From NCBI GenBank assembly GCA_002269645.1, contig NIVC01000038.1, positions 806,001 to 870,000 on the forward strand: a stretch of 64,000 bases of DNA, in the 5' to 3' direction. Origin of the DNA: Macrostomum lignano. Its lineage: Eukaryota. Under the pieces are notes generated by a model, which made no database searches, had not been told where the DNA came from, and worked only from the letters and a program-made list of their open reading frames with translations. Position 1 is the first letter of the stretch, and each line of letters opens with the position of its first letter. Positions 38,071 through 48,907 of the stretch are shown piece after piece. The position numbers and the translations under genes are program-made.

Positions 38071-39276
38071 ATGACTCACGAAGCTCCCGCATCCCAGAAT
38101 GGCGTGTCGAACGACTTTCAATCTTTTTGTCAGTCAGCACTCGGTAAGATGCTTCATTTCTCAAGAAGGCGGCTGCTGCTGCTGCTGCCGCTCGCATGCT
38201 GCCTGCTTGCCGGTCTGTTCTACCTGCATCTGCTCAGCGTGCCGGCTCTGACCCCGAGACACCAAGTTGCACAGGCCTACACTACACACCTGCAGCTGGA
38301 CTTGCAGGCTCTCAGGCAGAATTTCCCAAAGCTTAGGGATGAGGTCATCAGGCAGCACAGCGGCCCGCATAGAAACCAGCTGGACCAGATGATGCTGAGC
38401 TACCTGCCGGTGTTCAATACCAGTGCGTGGGTGCTGCACAGCCCCCGCGACAGGCGCTTCACCATAGCGGAGGTCCAGGCTGTCGCCAAGTCCACCGTTC
38501 AGCCTGGCTTCCTGGTGCCAAACGTTGCCCACTTTGTGCTACCCTTCGGCGACACCCAGCTGCAGTTTCACCACATGGTCAGCATTCTCAGCTGCCTTCA
38601 CGTGATGAAGCCGCACCGCATGATGCTGTGGTACGCTCCAGGCAGGCTGCCTACCGGACAGTGGTGGGACCGAGTGAGGAAGAACCTCACCGAGGCGGAG
38701 TGGGATGAGAAAATTATCATGGCTCAGAGACCGGTTCCCACATCGGTGTACTCGGTGCCAGTTCGTGGCAGAGAGCACCAGTCGGATGTGATGAGGCTGG
38801 AGGCTGTGCTGGTATTTGGCGGCGTGTATCTAGACATCGACGTTCTCGTGCTGAAGCCGCTGGACCCGTTGCGGAAGTTTGCCTTCACAATCGGCAGAGA
38901 GACGAGCGATGGACTGTGCAACGGCATCTTCTTGTCCGCTCCAAACTGGACATTTCTGGCCATGTGGCACACCGCATATCAGGTGTTCAATGATGACGCG
39001 TGGAATGAGCACTCGGTACGTTTGCCGCACTTGATGCAGCGCGCGTTTCCAGATCTGTGCCACGTGGAGGAAGACAGTTTGAACCGTCCGAACTGGACTC
39101 CGGACGAGGTGGCCTGGATCTACGGGATCGGACAGCAGCACCGGTGGGACTGGAGGAAGAAAAACTACGCTGTACACCTGTTTGGTACATTCGAAGATGA
39201 GAACATGTCTAGCATAAGAAGCCTGAACTCCATGTACGGAGAAATGTGCCGCAATATTCTTTTCGGGAGCGGCTGA
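38071..39276 (+). CDS. Glycosyltransferase family 32 (alpha-1,4-glycosyltransferase, A4GALT/A4GNT-like), intronless
   Basis: Type II TM (RRRLLLLLPLACCLLAGLFYL), VPNVAHF, HQSDVMRLEAV, GGVYLDIDV (DxD motif), LCNGIF, W..HSV..P. Start may be 38071 or 38150. Confidence 0.92.
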   Translation: MTHEAPASQNGVSNDFQSFCQSALGKMLHFSRRRLLLLLPLACCLLAGLFYLHLLSVPALTPRHQVAQAYTTHLQLDLQALRQNFPKLRDEVIRQHSGPHRNQLDQMMLSYLPVFNTSAWVLHSPRDRRFTIAEVQAVAKSTVQPGFLVPNVAHFVLPFGDTQLQFHHMVSILSCLHVMKPHRMMLWYAPGRLPTGQWWDRVRKNLTEAEWDEKIIMAQRPVPTSVYSVPVRGREHQSDVMRLEAVLVFGGVYLDIDVLVLKPLDPLRKFAFTIGRETSDGLCNGIFLSAPNWTFLAMWHTAYQVFNDDAWNEHSVRLPHLMQRAFPDLCHVEEDSLNRPNWTPDEVAWIYGIGQQHRWDWRKKNYAVHLFGTFEDENMSSIRSLNSMYGEMCRNILFGSG

Positions 39277-39556
39277 ATAACCCTCATTACCCTGTCATGA
39301 CGTGGTAGAAGAATTCAGATTTGGTTAAAGCAAAACATTGCTTTTAATTTCTGAAGTACATGTACAGAGAAAATCCATGGACCCATGTTGTAGAAGTACA
39401 TGTATAACGTTATTTATGTTCAGTGCTTGAAATACAATAAACTTAATTAATCCTACAACGGCTAATTTATTTTTATTATAGCTAGTACAGCATCAAATTT
39501 TAGGCGGGTACTGTGCAGAATTTTTAATTGCCTTCGGGCGTGTGACCTGCTGATAA

Positions 39557-40043
39557 TCTTTAAACTATCTTTAAATGTATGTCGAACGATGGCCAGAGAT
39601 CATATGGCATCAGACTAATTGTATACATCGTAGGCTCTCTCCATGCAGCGAGGAGCTCCTCGGGTTTCTTATAAGCAGCGGCCGGGTCAACGAGCTTTGC
39701 CAGCCGAAAGTTGCCTGCAGCCGGAAATTTGCCAGCCAAAAAATATTTGCCAGCCAAGAAAGTTACCAGCGAAAAAATACAGCAAGCTAGGATTAAAAAG
39801 AAAGGTATATACAGCTAGATTTTATTTTCAGATCGGATGTCAGCGAGATCCAAAATGCCAGCTGTTTGCCGAAAAGGGCGTCAATGATATGGTGATGACA
39901 GACTGGGACTGCGACAGCTGCAGGAATTGGTTTCACGTACCGTTGCAGGGGTGCGATACTTCAGGCATTTTTTAAATACATGTATTAAAATGTAATGCGA
40001 ATGATACATGCCAGGAGGCCGCGGCGCGGGTGCACTGCACTAG
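39557..40043 (+). mobile_element. Candidate short non-autonomous Helitron carrying a PHD-finger-like fragment
   Basis: A|TCTTTAAACTATC at 39556/7; 3' GC-rich palindrome (gccgcggc) followed by CTAG|T at 40040-40044; internal WDCDSCRNWFHV. Confidence 0.4.
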
Positions 40044-40120
40044 TTCTGAGAGATTATAACTAAAATACAATTGTACAAGTAGATTAATTAATCATTCAGT
40101 GCAGATGAACAGCTAACAGT

Positions 40121-41346
40121 TGTAATAGGGTCGATCTTTTATTCTTACTAATAGTAGTTTTAAGCGGGTTTAATGAGCTATTTTTACTCAGCCAATCAGT
40201 AAATTTCCTTGTTTAAATCCCTTAATTATTTTGTTTTAACTAACTTCAGCCAATGGAGTTTAATAATTGTTATAATTTCGTAAGCTATTTTGTTATAATT
40301 AATTTCATCCAATCAAATTAAGTTTTATCCTCTATATAAACGGAACGATTGACCAAGAATAAAATTAACTTGCTCTTCCGCGAATTTTCGCGAGCTCGCT
40401 CTCAACCGGAGAAGAAGCGTTTTTGCCATCCAAACCAAAACGTGAGTTAAAACTTGCGAGTCTTAGTTCTTTGTAGGAATAGGGAGAAATCAGAGGTCGT
40501 GGAGACCCAGAACTAAGGATCTGAATAGGGAGAAATCAGAGGTCGTGGAGACCCAGAACTAGGGATCTGAATAGGGAGAAATCAGAGGTCGTGGAGACCC
40601 AGAACTAGGGATCTAAATAGGGAGAAATCAGAGGTCGTGGAGACCCAGAACTAAGGATCTGAATAGGGAGAAATCAGAGGTCGTGGAGACCCAGAACTAG
40701 GGATCTGAATAGGGAGAAATCAGAGGTCGTGGAGACCCAGAACTAGGGATCTGAATAGGGAGAAACCAGAGGTCGTGGAGACCCAGAACTAGGATCTAAA
40801 TAGGGAGAAATCAGAGGTCGTGGAGACCCAGAACTAGGATCTAAATAGGGAGAAATCAGAGGTCGTGGAGACCCAGAACTAGGATCTAAATAGGGGGAAA
40901 TCAGAGGTCGTGGAGACCCAAGACAGAGGTCTAAAATTAAGGAGAAATTTAAGGTCGTGCAGACTCTAAGGAAGCCGTACTGGCTAATAATAGGTATTAG
41001 GCGCTAGGAAATTAGGCATTAGAGGAGTGAATTAGCTACTGCTGGACACCCTTGATCCTCGGAAAACGCTAGACTTTCGGACTAAAATTAGGAAATTAGA
41101 CAGTGTCTTACCGCTCGGGCACTACACGCTATCACAAGGTTTCCAAGAAATCGTGTGAAATTAGAGAAGGGTCATAGTTCAGAGGCAGCCAATACTACTA
41201 GAAGTAGACAGCTTAGGGACAGGAACCAGAAAGTCTGTGAAAGGCTCAGTAGCTTTAAGGTGGAATTGCAGTTAGAACGAGTACGTCTGCGACAACTTGG
41301 TGACATCTAGTGGGATCTAGAAGAAGGAGGAAACAAATCTGTAACA
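40121..41346 (+). repeat. 5' LTR of Gypsy-1 (3 CCAAT boxes, TATA at ~40333, 46-bp tandem array)
   Basis: Direct repeat of 48908-50133 at a constant offset of 8787. Confidence 0.97.
40478..40925. repeat. 46-bp tandem repeat (~10 copies) inside the LTR; also at 49265-49712
   Basis: Unit aatagggagaaatcagaggtcgtggagacccagaactagggatctg. Confidence 0.95.
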
Positions 41347-41349
41347 ACT

Positions 41350-41360
41350 TGGTGGCAGCG
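41350..41360 (+). promoter_or_regulatory. Primer binding site, tRNA-Leu type
   Basis: TGGTGGCAGCG, 3 nt after the LTR end, is complementary to the ...CGCUGCCACCA 3' end of eukaryotic tRNA-Leu(AAG/TAG). Confidence 0.75.
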
Positions 41361-41406
41361 TTAAGGGATCAAGAAACCAGCGGAAAGCTAACTAGATCAG
41401 TGAAAA

Positions 41407-42351
41407 ATGGCAGGAATTAATGACGCATTAGCGCTACTAGCTGAAGAGCTTAGGAATCGTTTAGAAATAGGACCAGCAAGGCATGTGAGAATTCAGAAGT
41501 ACACGCCAAGCCAAGACATTAGGATCTGGTTGACAGCTTTTGATCAGAGGTGTGAATCAGAAGGAATCGAGGAGAATCATAGGAAAACTGAGCTATTAGC
41601 TAATCTAGACCTAGCAACAGCGTTCGCCGCTGTACAGCGACTTAATCTGCCAGAAGATCTAGGGTATGAAGAATTCAAGGAGCACTTGATCGAGAGATTT
41701 GGTAGGATAGGAAACGCGTCAGAGTTTAGGGAAGAGTTTAGAGGCAGAATGCAAGGAAGGAATGAGACGAAGGACGCTTATGCTGATGCGCTGATTGAGC
41801 TATCAGATAGAGCCTTCCCGAACATGAATGCAGAACAGCGAGAGGAAGAGATAGTTGAGCAGTTTATCAAAGGAGTTAGGATTCCGCCAGATACTAGGGA
41901 GAAGTTGATCTTTGCTCAGCCAGCGAATTTGCAGGAAGCTAGGCGAATGCTAAGGCGAATTGAAGCCGCATGGCAACTATCGCACAAAGGAGGTGTTAGG
42001 ATGATGAAAGAGGGAGAAGGAGAGCAAGAGAAGAAGCTCCAAGATTTAGTTCAGCAGCAGAAGAATGAGTTAGAGCAACAGAAAAAGCTGATTCAGGAGC
42101 TGATGGCGCACAAGCCACCACCTATGGCTAGACCGCAGCCATGCCCAGCTCAGATGCCGCGACAGAATTATCAGCAGCAACCGGCATTTCAGCCGAGAGT
42201 TTCGGCATATTATCAGCCTAGACCTAGGAGAGAGTTTCCGATTCGCTCTTATTCGCCGCAGCCAGGAAGGTGTGCAATTTGCCAGCAACCCGGCTCAATA
42301 AGGCCTGGTATAGGTCACCAGTGCCGCGTGAATCGCAAACAGGGAAACTAG
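41407..42351 (+). CDS. gag: Gag (314 aa) of Gypsy-1
   Basis: Capsid-like (IRIWLTAFDQRC, FRGRMQGRNET..AYADAL, IVEQFIKG), non-canonical CAICQQPG knuckle, ends QGN-stop. Confidence 0.92.
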   Translation: MAGINDALALLAEELRNRLEIGPARHVRIQKYTPSQDIRIWLTAFDQRCESEGIEENHRKTELLANLDLATAFAAVQRLNLPEDLGYEEFKEHLIERFGRIGNASEFREEFRGRMQGRNETKDAYADALIELSDRAFPNMNAEQREEEIVEQFIKGVRIPPDTREKLIFAQPANLQEARRMLRRIEAAWQLSHKGGVRMMKEGEGEQEKKLQDLVQQQKNELEQQKKLIQELMAHKPPPMARPQPCPAQMPRQNYQQQPAFQPRVSAYYQPRPRREFPIRSYSPQPGRCAICQQPGSIRPGIGHQCRVNRKQGN

Positions 42352-45300
42352 AATACAGAGGGTGGCATGAGAGGCCACGACCCTCTAGGAGAAATGAGTA
42401 CAAAATGAAGGCCTCTAATTGTAAATATAGTGTAGATAGTGAAGGTTGGCGAACTGTCCCAATGCGAAAAAGACACATAGGTGGTGTGCATGTAAATAAT
42501 GCGTTTGCACCAGCACCAATTTCCACTTATTCTGCGTCAGCACCTCATGCGTATGCACCAGCCGCATCATCATGTGTCAATCCTGCTTATGCTACTGAAA
42601 ATTTAGCACCAGTAGTAGAAAAAGAGTCCGAATCCGATTTTCGCCAACCAAAGCCTAAGAAAATAGTTAAGCAAAAGGTTTTTCCGAAACCAAAAGTTGA
42701 ATTAGTAAACCAGACAGGCTATGAAGCAATAGTAGTAGGCAGTATCGATAATCAAGAAGTAGACTTTCTAATAGACACAGGCGCTCAAAATAATTTTCTA
42801 AGTAGATCAGTTTGGTCAAAAGTATTCGAGCCGAGTCAGATTAGAGAAACAAGTAGGAGAGTTTCCACATTTGATGGAACTACAGTGAAATTAGAAGGAG
42901 AAGCGAGTACTTTAGTGCAGTTCGGAGATTTAGAATTAGAAATAGAATTCCTACTCTGCAGCCACGATTGTGACAACATACTAGGCATGGAATTCTTTAA
43001 AAATCGCTGTGAAAGCATTCAATTAGCAAAAGGCATGTTAATTTTAAAAGAGGGGACTTGTATTCCCATGCAGTATACTCATTTGCCAGTAAAAGTTTGC
43101 CGAGTATATACCCAGGAGAGGGCAGTAGTTCCGCCTAATAGCGCACTGCGAATCCCAGTGAGATTAGCCAAAAATTCAGAAGCCAATTATGGCACGCCAA
43201 TGACTATTGAGACTATTGGAAATAGTATTAGAACTAAGACAGAGACAGTAGAAATGAATCCGACTTTAGTTACTATGCGCGATGGCGTAGCCATAGTAGA
43301 AGTAGTGAATCAAAGCACGGTAGAAGTGAAATTGCCGAAATCAACCTTAGTAGGTTTAGCTAAGCCAATCAGGGCTAGAGAGCTCACTTACATGAATAAT
43401 GAAGTAGATCAAACCGTGCCGTCAGATCAGCCAATCACCGGACGTGTCAATCAAACGCAATCTACAAGTGAAACTTGGATTAGCGAAATAGATATTAGTG
43501 AAGATTTGACAGCCGAACAGAGAGATAGGGTGATTCAGCTCGTAAAAGAGCATAGAGAGGCCTTTTCTCAACATGATCTAGATATGGGCTTAACATCATT
43601 AGTCACGCATGAGATCTCGCTAAGGGATGAGACACCTGTTAGGATTCCGACTAGAAGGATTCCCCCTCATCTGCAGAAACAGGTAGATGCTCAGCTAGAT
43701 GACATGTTAGCTAAGAACTTAATTAGGCCATGCTATTCGACTTATTCAACACCTCTAGTGATCGTACCAAAGAAAGATGGTACTATTCGAATAGTTAGTG
43801 AATTTAGAGTGCTGAATTCACGAGTGAACTACTTTCCGTATCCGCTGCCAAATATTCAGGAGACATTTTCAAACTTAACAGGCAGTCAGTATTTTAGTAG
43901 CCTTGACCTGAATTCTGGTTATTGGCAAGTTCCGATAAAAGAGGAACACAAGTTTATGACTGCATTTTCAACATTAACAAGAGGTCAGTTTGAGTATCAA
44001 GTTATGGCTCAGGGCTTATCTAATGCCCCAGGTACTTTTCAAAGGCTTATGAATCTAGTGTTAGCAGGCATTCAGCATAAATATGCCATGTCATACATAG
44101 ATGATATAGTGACCTATTCTAAGCAGTTTGAAGATCATTTAGAACACCTTAGAGAGGTATTTAAAAGACTAATTAGTGCAGGACTAAAACTAAGAGCTAA
44201 AAAGTGCAACCTATTTCATAGCGAACTAAAATATTTAGGCCATGTAATCGGAAGAGAAGGAATTAGGACTGATGAAGCTAAGATAGAAGCCATTAGGAGC
44301 TGGCCCAAAGCCAAAGGATGTAAAAGAGCTAAGAAGTTTCTTAGGATTATGCAATTATTATAGTCGCTTTGTTAAGAATTATGCTGAGGCTGCACATCCG
44401 TTATTTCAACTAACTAGGAAAGGAGTGCAGAACTTTCAGGCAAAGTGGACTAGAGCTCATGATGAAGCATTTGAAGAGCTTAAGAAAAGAATGATGTCAA
44501 CAGAAGTGTTAGCCTATCCAGAGTTTGTAGACGATGAGAATGTTAGAATGGTCTTAGACACTGATGCTAGTGATGGACGCATAGGGGCCTGCCTAGGCCA
44601 AATCCAGTCAGATGGCATCGAGAGGCCTATAGCATATTTCAGTCGGGCTATGAAAGAAACAGAGAAGCGCTATCCAATAACTAGAAAAGAGTTGCTAGCG
44701 TTAGTAGATGCAATGAAGCATTTTAGATTTTATCTGATAGGAAAGCGATTTTTAGCGCGCACAGATCATAAGGCGATTTTATGGTTGTTAAGGCAAACAG
44801 AGGCCCAAGGGATTCTAGGACGTTGGGTGGAACGCTTAAATGAATTTCAATTCGATATTAAGCATAGAAGCGGTGCCAAACATTCCAACGCGGACAGTTT
44901 GTCCAGAAGACCGGCAGAAGTAGCTGAGGCAACCGAAATTGAGCAAGGCGTGAAAGCCTATGAAAGCGAATTTGAGCAAGGCGTGAAAGCCTATGACAGT
45001 GAGATTAAGCAAGGCGTGAAAGCCTATGAAAGTGAAATTAAGCAAGGCGTGAAAGCCTGTGAAAGTGAAAAGGGCGTGAAGCCGAGAGACAGCGTGAATG
45101 CTGCAGTAAGCGAGACAGTAGAAGAAGGAGAAAGAGAGATGCAGACTTCGCATCCCGAGGACTCAGAGTCTAGGATCAAGTCATTAGTCATTTCAGGAGT
45201 AGAAGGTGCGAAGGTAGAAGATGTGTCAGCACCGAGTTCAAGCTTAACGCAACAGAACAGAGACACTGAACCTGATCACAGAGAGAGTGAGATACCTAAA

Positions 45301-47217
45301 GTTACAAAATTACTAACTGACTACTTGCAAGTACCGTTGAAGAAGGAGCAAATTGTTAAAGCTCAGAGGGAAGACACAGCAATCTGCACACTAATAGAGT
45401 GGAAGCAAGAAAATCTGTCAGTCCCGCCAATTCAGAAAAATGAGTCAGTCGAACTGAAGCAGTTAAGACGAAAATATGAGAAAATGAAGTTAGAGAGAAA
45501 TCTGTTGACTATAGAAGAAGAAAGAATCTGGAAAATAATTTTGCCTAAATCTTTAGATAAGCTAGTGTTTAGCGATCTGCATGATAGCCCGCTAGCAGGA
45601 CATTTAGGTAGAGACAAAACAGTTCAGCGAGTTAGAGAGAGATTTTGGAGACCAGGCTTAGTAGCCGCAGTAGAAAAGCATGTGGCAGAATGCATCCCAT
45701 GCTTAGAGAGCAAAAGAGGCCATAAAGTGCAAGCTCCGATTCAGTCATTTCCAATTAGTGAGCCATTTCACCGATTACACATAGATGTGATAGGGCCAAT
45801 TTCAAAAATTAGCAAAAGAGGCCATCAGTATGTGTTGACAATAGTAGACAGCAATACTCGCTATCCGTTTGCATTTCCAATGCGCAATCAAAAAGCTGAC
45901 ACAATTATTAAGCTATTGCAAGAAAGAGTATTTAGTGAATATGGCCAATGCCAATGGATTCACACAGATAATGGCAAGGCATTCACTAGCAAACAATTTA
46001 GTGCATTCTGTGAGTTGTACAATGTGAAGCATACTTTCACAACTCCATATCACGCACAGAGCAATGGTTTAGTTGAGAGATTTAACAAGCAGGTCAAATC
46101 AATAGTCACATGCCTGATTGAGAAAGATCATAGCAATTGGGATCTATTAATTCCAGCAGCCTTAGTCGCAGTTAGAACTAGCGTTAATCAGACTACAGGC
46201 TATTCGCCGCATTTCTTATTGTTTGGCAGAGAGGCAGTTTTGCCCATAGACAGCGAACTTAGAGAGCCAAACCAATACGCTAACTATCCGACCTATGTAG
46301 CCGAACATGCCGAGAGATTAGAGAGTGCTAGAAAAATAGTTAAGGAAAAGTTTGAGAAAGTGCATGACAAAAGGCAGACAGACGCCGAGAATCAGAAAAA
46401 GCCAAAGGTTATTGAAGTAGGAAGCTTAGTGCTAATTAATAATCCACAACTTAACATTGACGAATCTAATAAGTTTCATAGGAAAAAGCGAGCCGCCTTT
46501 CGAGTGCTTAAGCAAATCTCAGAAGTAGTTTTTAAGATTCAGAAAGAAGAAGAAGGCGAGTTAGTAGGCAACAAGTTATTAGTACATAGGGATAACATGG
46601 CCCCAGTGCCAAACTCTGTGAAAGAGCCAATAGATAAGGGAAGCCAGGAGAGCGCTGAGACAGTAGAAATTATTAATAAGGAGAGCCAGACGAAAGCTAA
46701 GCATTCAAATAAAAGAAATCAGCAGGAGTTAGGACAATCAAGCAAGGGAAGCCACGCCAGAAAGAATAGACTAGAGGAACCAGTTATCGAATTAGAAGAA
46801 GAAAGCTCTGATGAGGAACAGCCGAAGTGGTTTTGCAAGATTCGTGAAAATGAACAATCGGTACATGAGAATGAATCAGAGTTGGAAGCGGAGTCAGAAG
46901 CTGAGATACAAAATAATATGCAACATGAGAGCCTAGTGGAAGAGGAGATGGAGAGGTCAGAGCGAGAGGGAGGAGAAGTAACGATCGATAACAGACGCGA
47001 AACAGAACAGGGGGAAGGAAAAGGCGCGCATGCGGGCCACACTGAGAATGGGGGTACGCCAGACAAAGAGGGTAATAAAACTAAACCATATAACACACGC
47101 AGCCGTACTAGGCCACCAGTCAAATGCCAGTGTTATCTAAAAAAGCTTGCTACTGTATGGAGACTATTAGAAAAATTAAACTTTTACCCAGCCAATAGGA
47201 ATTCAGTTGCGGTTTAA
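42342..47217 (+). CDS. pol: Pol polyprotein of Gypsy-1 (PR-RT-RNaseH-IN), entered by a -1 frameshift; one extra C at 44304-44306
   Basis: FLIDTGA (PR), FSSLDLNSGYWQ and YIDD (RT), LDTDASD (RH), HDSPLAGHLG..CIPC, IDVIGP, TDNG, NGLVER (IN). Removing one C restores WPKPKDVKELRSFLGLCNYY. Confidence 0.95.
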
Positions 47218-47390
47218 ATCAAGTGTTTATTGCGCAAGAGCCAATAAGATAATTTACAAAGATTAAAACAAGTTAGTTTGTTTAAATTAACTCAGCGGGG
47301 GGGAAGTCAATTTATATAAAAGGAGACACTTAATCAGGAAGGAGTCAGGATGGACTCTAAATCTAACAGTCAAAATTAAACTAGCTAGCT

Positions 47391-48455
47391 ATGGACGAAA
47401 TAGATCTGTTCGCAGACTTTGAAGATTTACTAGGAGATTTTACTATCCCAGTAGGGCAAGAGGCGGTAGTCGCCCAGCAGCCGCAGCAGCAAGAGGCGGT
47501 AGTCGCCCAGCAGCCGCAGCAGCAAGAGGCGGTAGTCGCCCAGCAGCCGCAGCAGCAAGAGGCGGTGGTCGCCCAGCAGCCGAAGCAGCAAGAGGCGGTA
47601 GTCGCCCAGCAGCCGCAGCAGCAAGAGGCGGTGGTCGCCCAGCAGCCGCAGCAGCAGCAGGCAGTAGTCACCCAGCAGTCAGAAACGATAGTTATTGAGG
47701 ATCAAGAAGCAGAGGCAGCCATCGACCAAGGAAGAAGCACCCGACTAAAGTCTGTGGTAATACGGCCGGCAGCACAGAAGGTGCCTGTGCCGCATAATCC
47801 GCAGGCTCGAGCGTCATTACTACGTGATCAAGCCAACAGACCAGTTGAAATAAGCGATAACATTCGCAAGCGACAGCCGCCAGGAGCGAACGCGACTCAG
47901 TTTATTACCATCAAACAGCCTAGACTCATTCTGCCGCGACAGCAGTCGAGACCGCAGCCAACAGTCATGTCATCGCAAAGTACGTCATCGGCGCAGCCTC
48001 AGGCCCCGGCCATTGGAAGGCAGGCAGCCTCAGCAGTGACACTAAGAAGCCACCGATCGCAGAACCCGATGGCCTTGGGGGCTAATTTCGCGGCCGTGCT
48101 GCAGGAAGTTCCGACTCATCTTCAAGAACCATACAAACAGGCCATCATGAAGATCAAGTCTTACCTGCTCAGCGTGGCTTTGCTCAGAATAGATGGGAGA
48201 GGCTTCTTGCCTCAAACCAAAGAGCCAGAAACGGCAATCGAGGAACTTCAGGCCAACTTTTCGCACGAGCAGTGTATAGCGGCCTGGCGAAAGGCTGTTA
48301 CGTACGCTCTACATGATCTCACCCAATCGGCTTGGTTTTACCAGCAGGCACAGCTGCGGTTCGAGGTCTGCTGGATGGCCGACAAGTTGGGATGGCCAGT
48401 CAAGAACAGCTTGCCATCAGAATTCGGTATGAATATAGGTAATAGGCGTAATTAA
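47391..48455 (+). CDS. Gypsy-1 accessory ORF3 (354 aa), unknown function, not env-like
   Basis: Intact ORF between pol and the 3' LTR: acidic N-terminus, about 6 x QEAVVAQQPQ (30-bp repeat), P/Q-rich linker and a ~130-aa apparently globular helical C-terminus; no signal peptide or TM. Confidence 0.85.
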   Translation: MDEIDLFADFEDLLGDFTIPVGQEAVVAQQPQQQEAVVAQQPQQQEAVVAQQPQQQEAVVAQQPKQQEAVVAQQPQQQEAVVAQQPQQQQAVVTQQSETIVIEDQEAEAAIDQGRSTRLKSVVIRPAAQKVPVPHNPQARASLLRDQANRPVEISDNIRKRQPPGANATQFITIKQPRLILPRQQSRPQPTVMSSQSTSSAQPQAPAIGRQAASAVTLRSHRSQNPMALGANFAAVLQEVPTHLQEPYKQAIMKIKSYLLSVALLRIDGRGFLPQTKEPETAIEELQANFSHEQCIAAWRKAVTYALHDLTQSAWFYQQAQLRFEVCWMADKLGWPVKNSLPSEFGMNIGNRRN

Positions 48456-48474
48456 CATTTTGCTGACACTCACG

Positions 48475-48725
48475 AATTGCTTAACCTGTACTTATTCATT
48501 TACTTAACCTGTGCTTATTCATTTGCTTAACCTGTGCTTATTCATTTACTTAACCTGTGCTTATTCATTTACTTAACCTGTGCTTATTCATTTGCTTAAC
48601 CTGTGCTTATTCATTTACTTAACCTGTGCTTATTCATTTACTTAACCTGTGCTTATTCATTTACTTAACCTGTGCTTATTCATTTACTTAACCTGTGCTT
48701 ATTCATTTGCTTAACCTGTACTTAT
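48475..48725. repeat. 23-bp tandem repeat (cttaacctgtgcttattcattta) in the Gypsy-1 3' UTR
   Basis: About 10 units. Confidence 0.95.
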
Positions 48726-48907
48726 CCATATTGTTTAATCGGTGCTATGATGCGATTTTCTTTTACTATTTAGCTCACTAATACTATTCACTTGCATAAT
48801 TTGTGAGTATCTGTATTGTTTTCGTATGCTACTTATAGTATTGTTCATGTAATTTGTATTTTTTCACACATATAATTAATTCAAAAATCCAATTAAGGGA
48901 AGCCAGT

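Noticed and set aside
47391-48455. ORF3 as an envelope gene
   Set aside because: No signal peptide, TM anchor or furin/fusion-peptide pattern; the Gypsy-2 ORF likewise lacks them.
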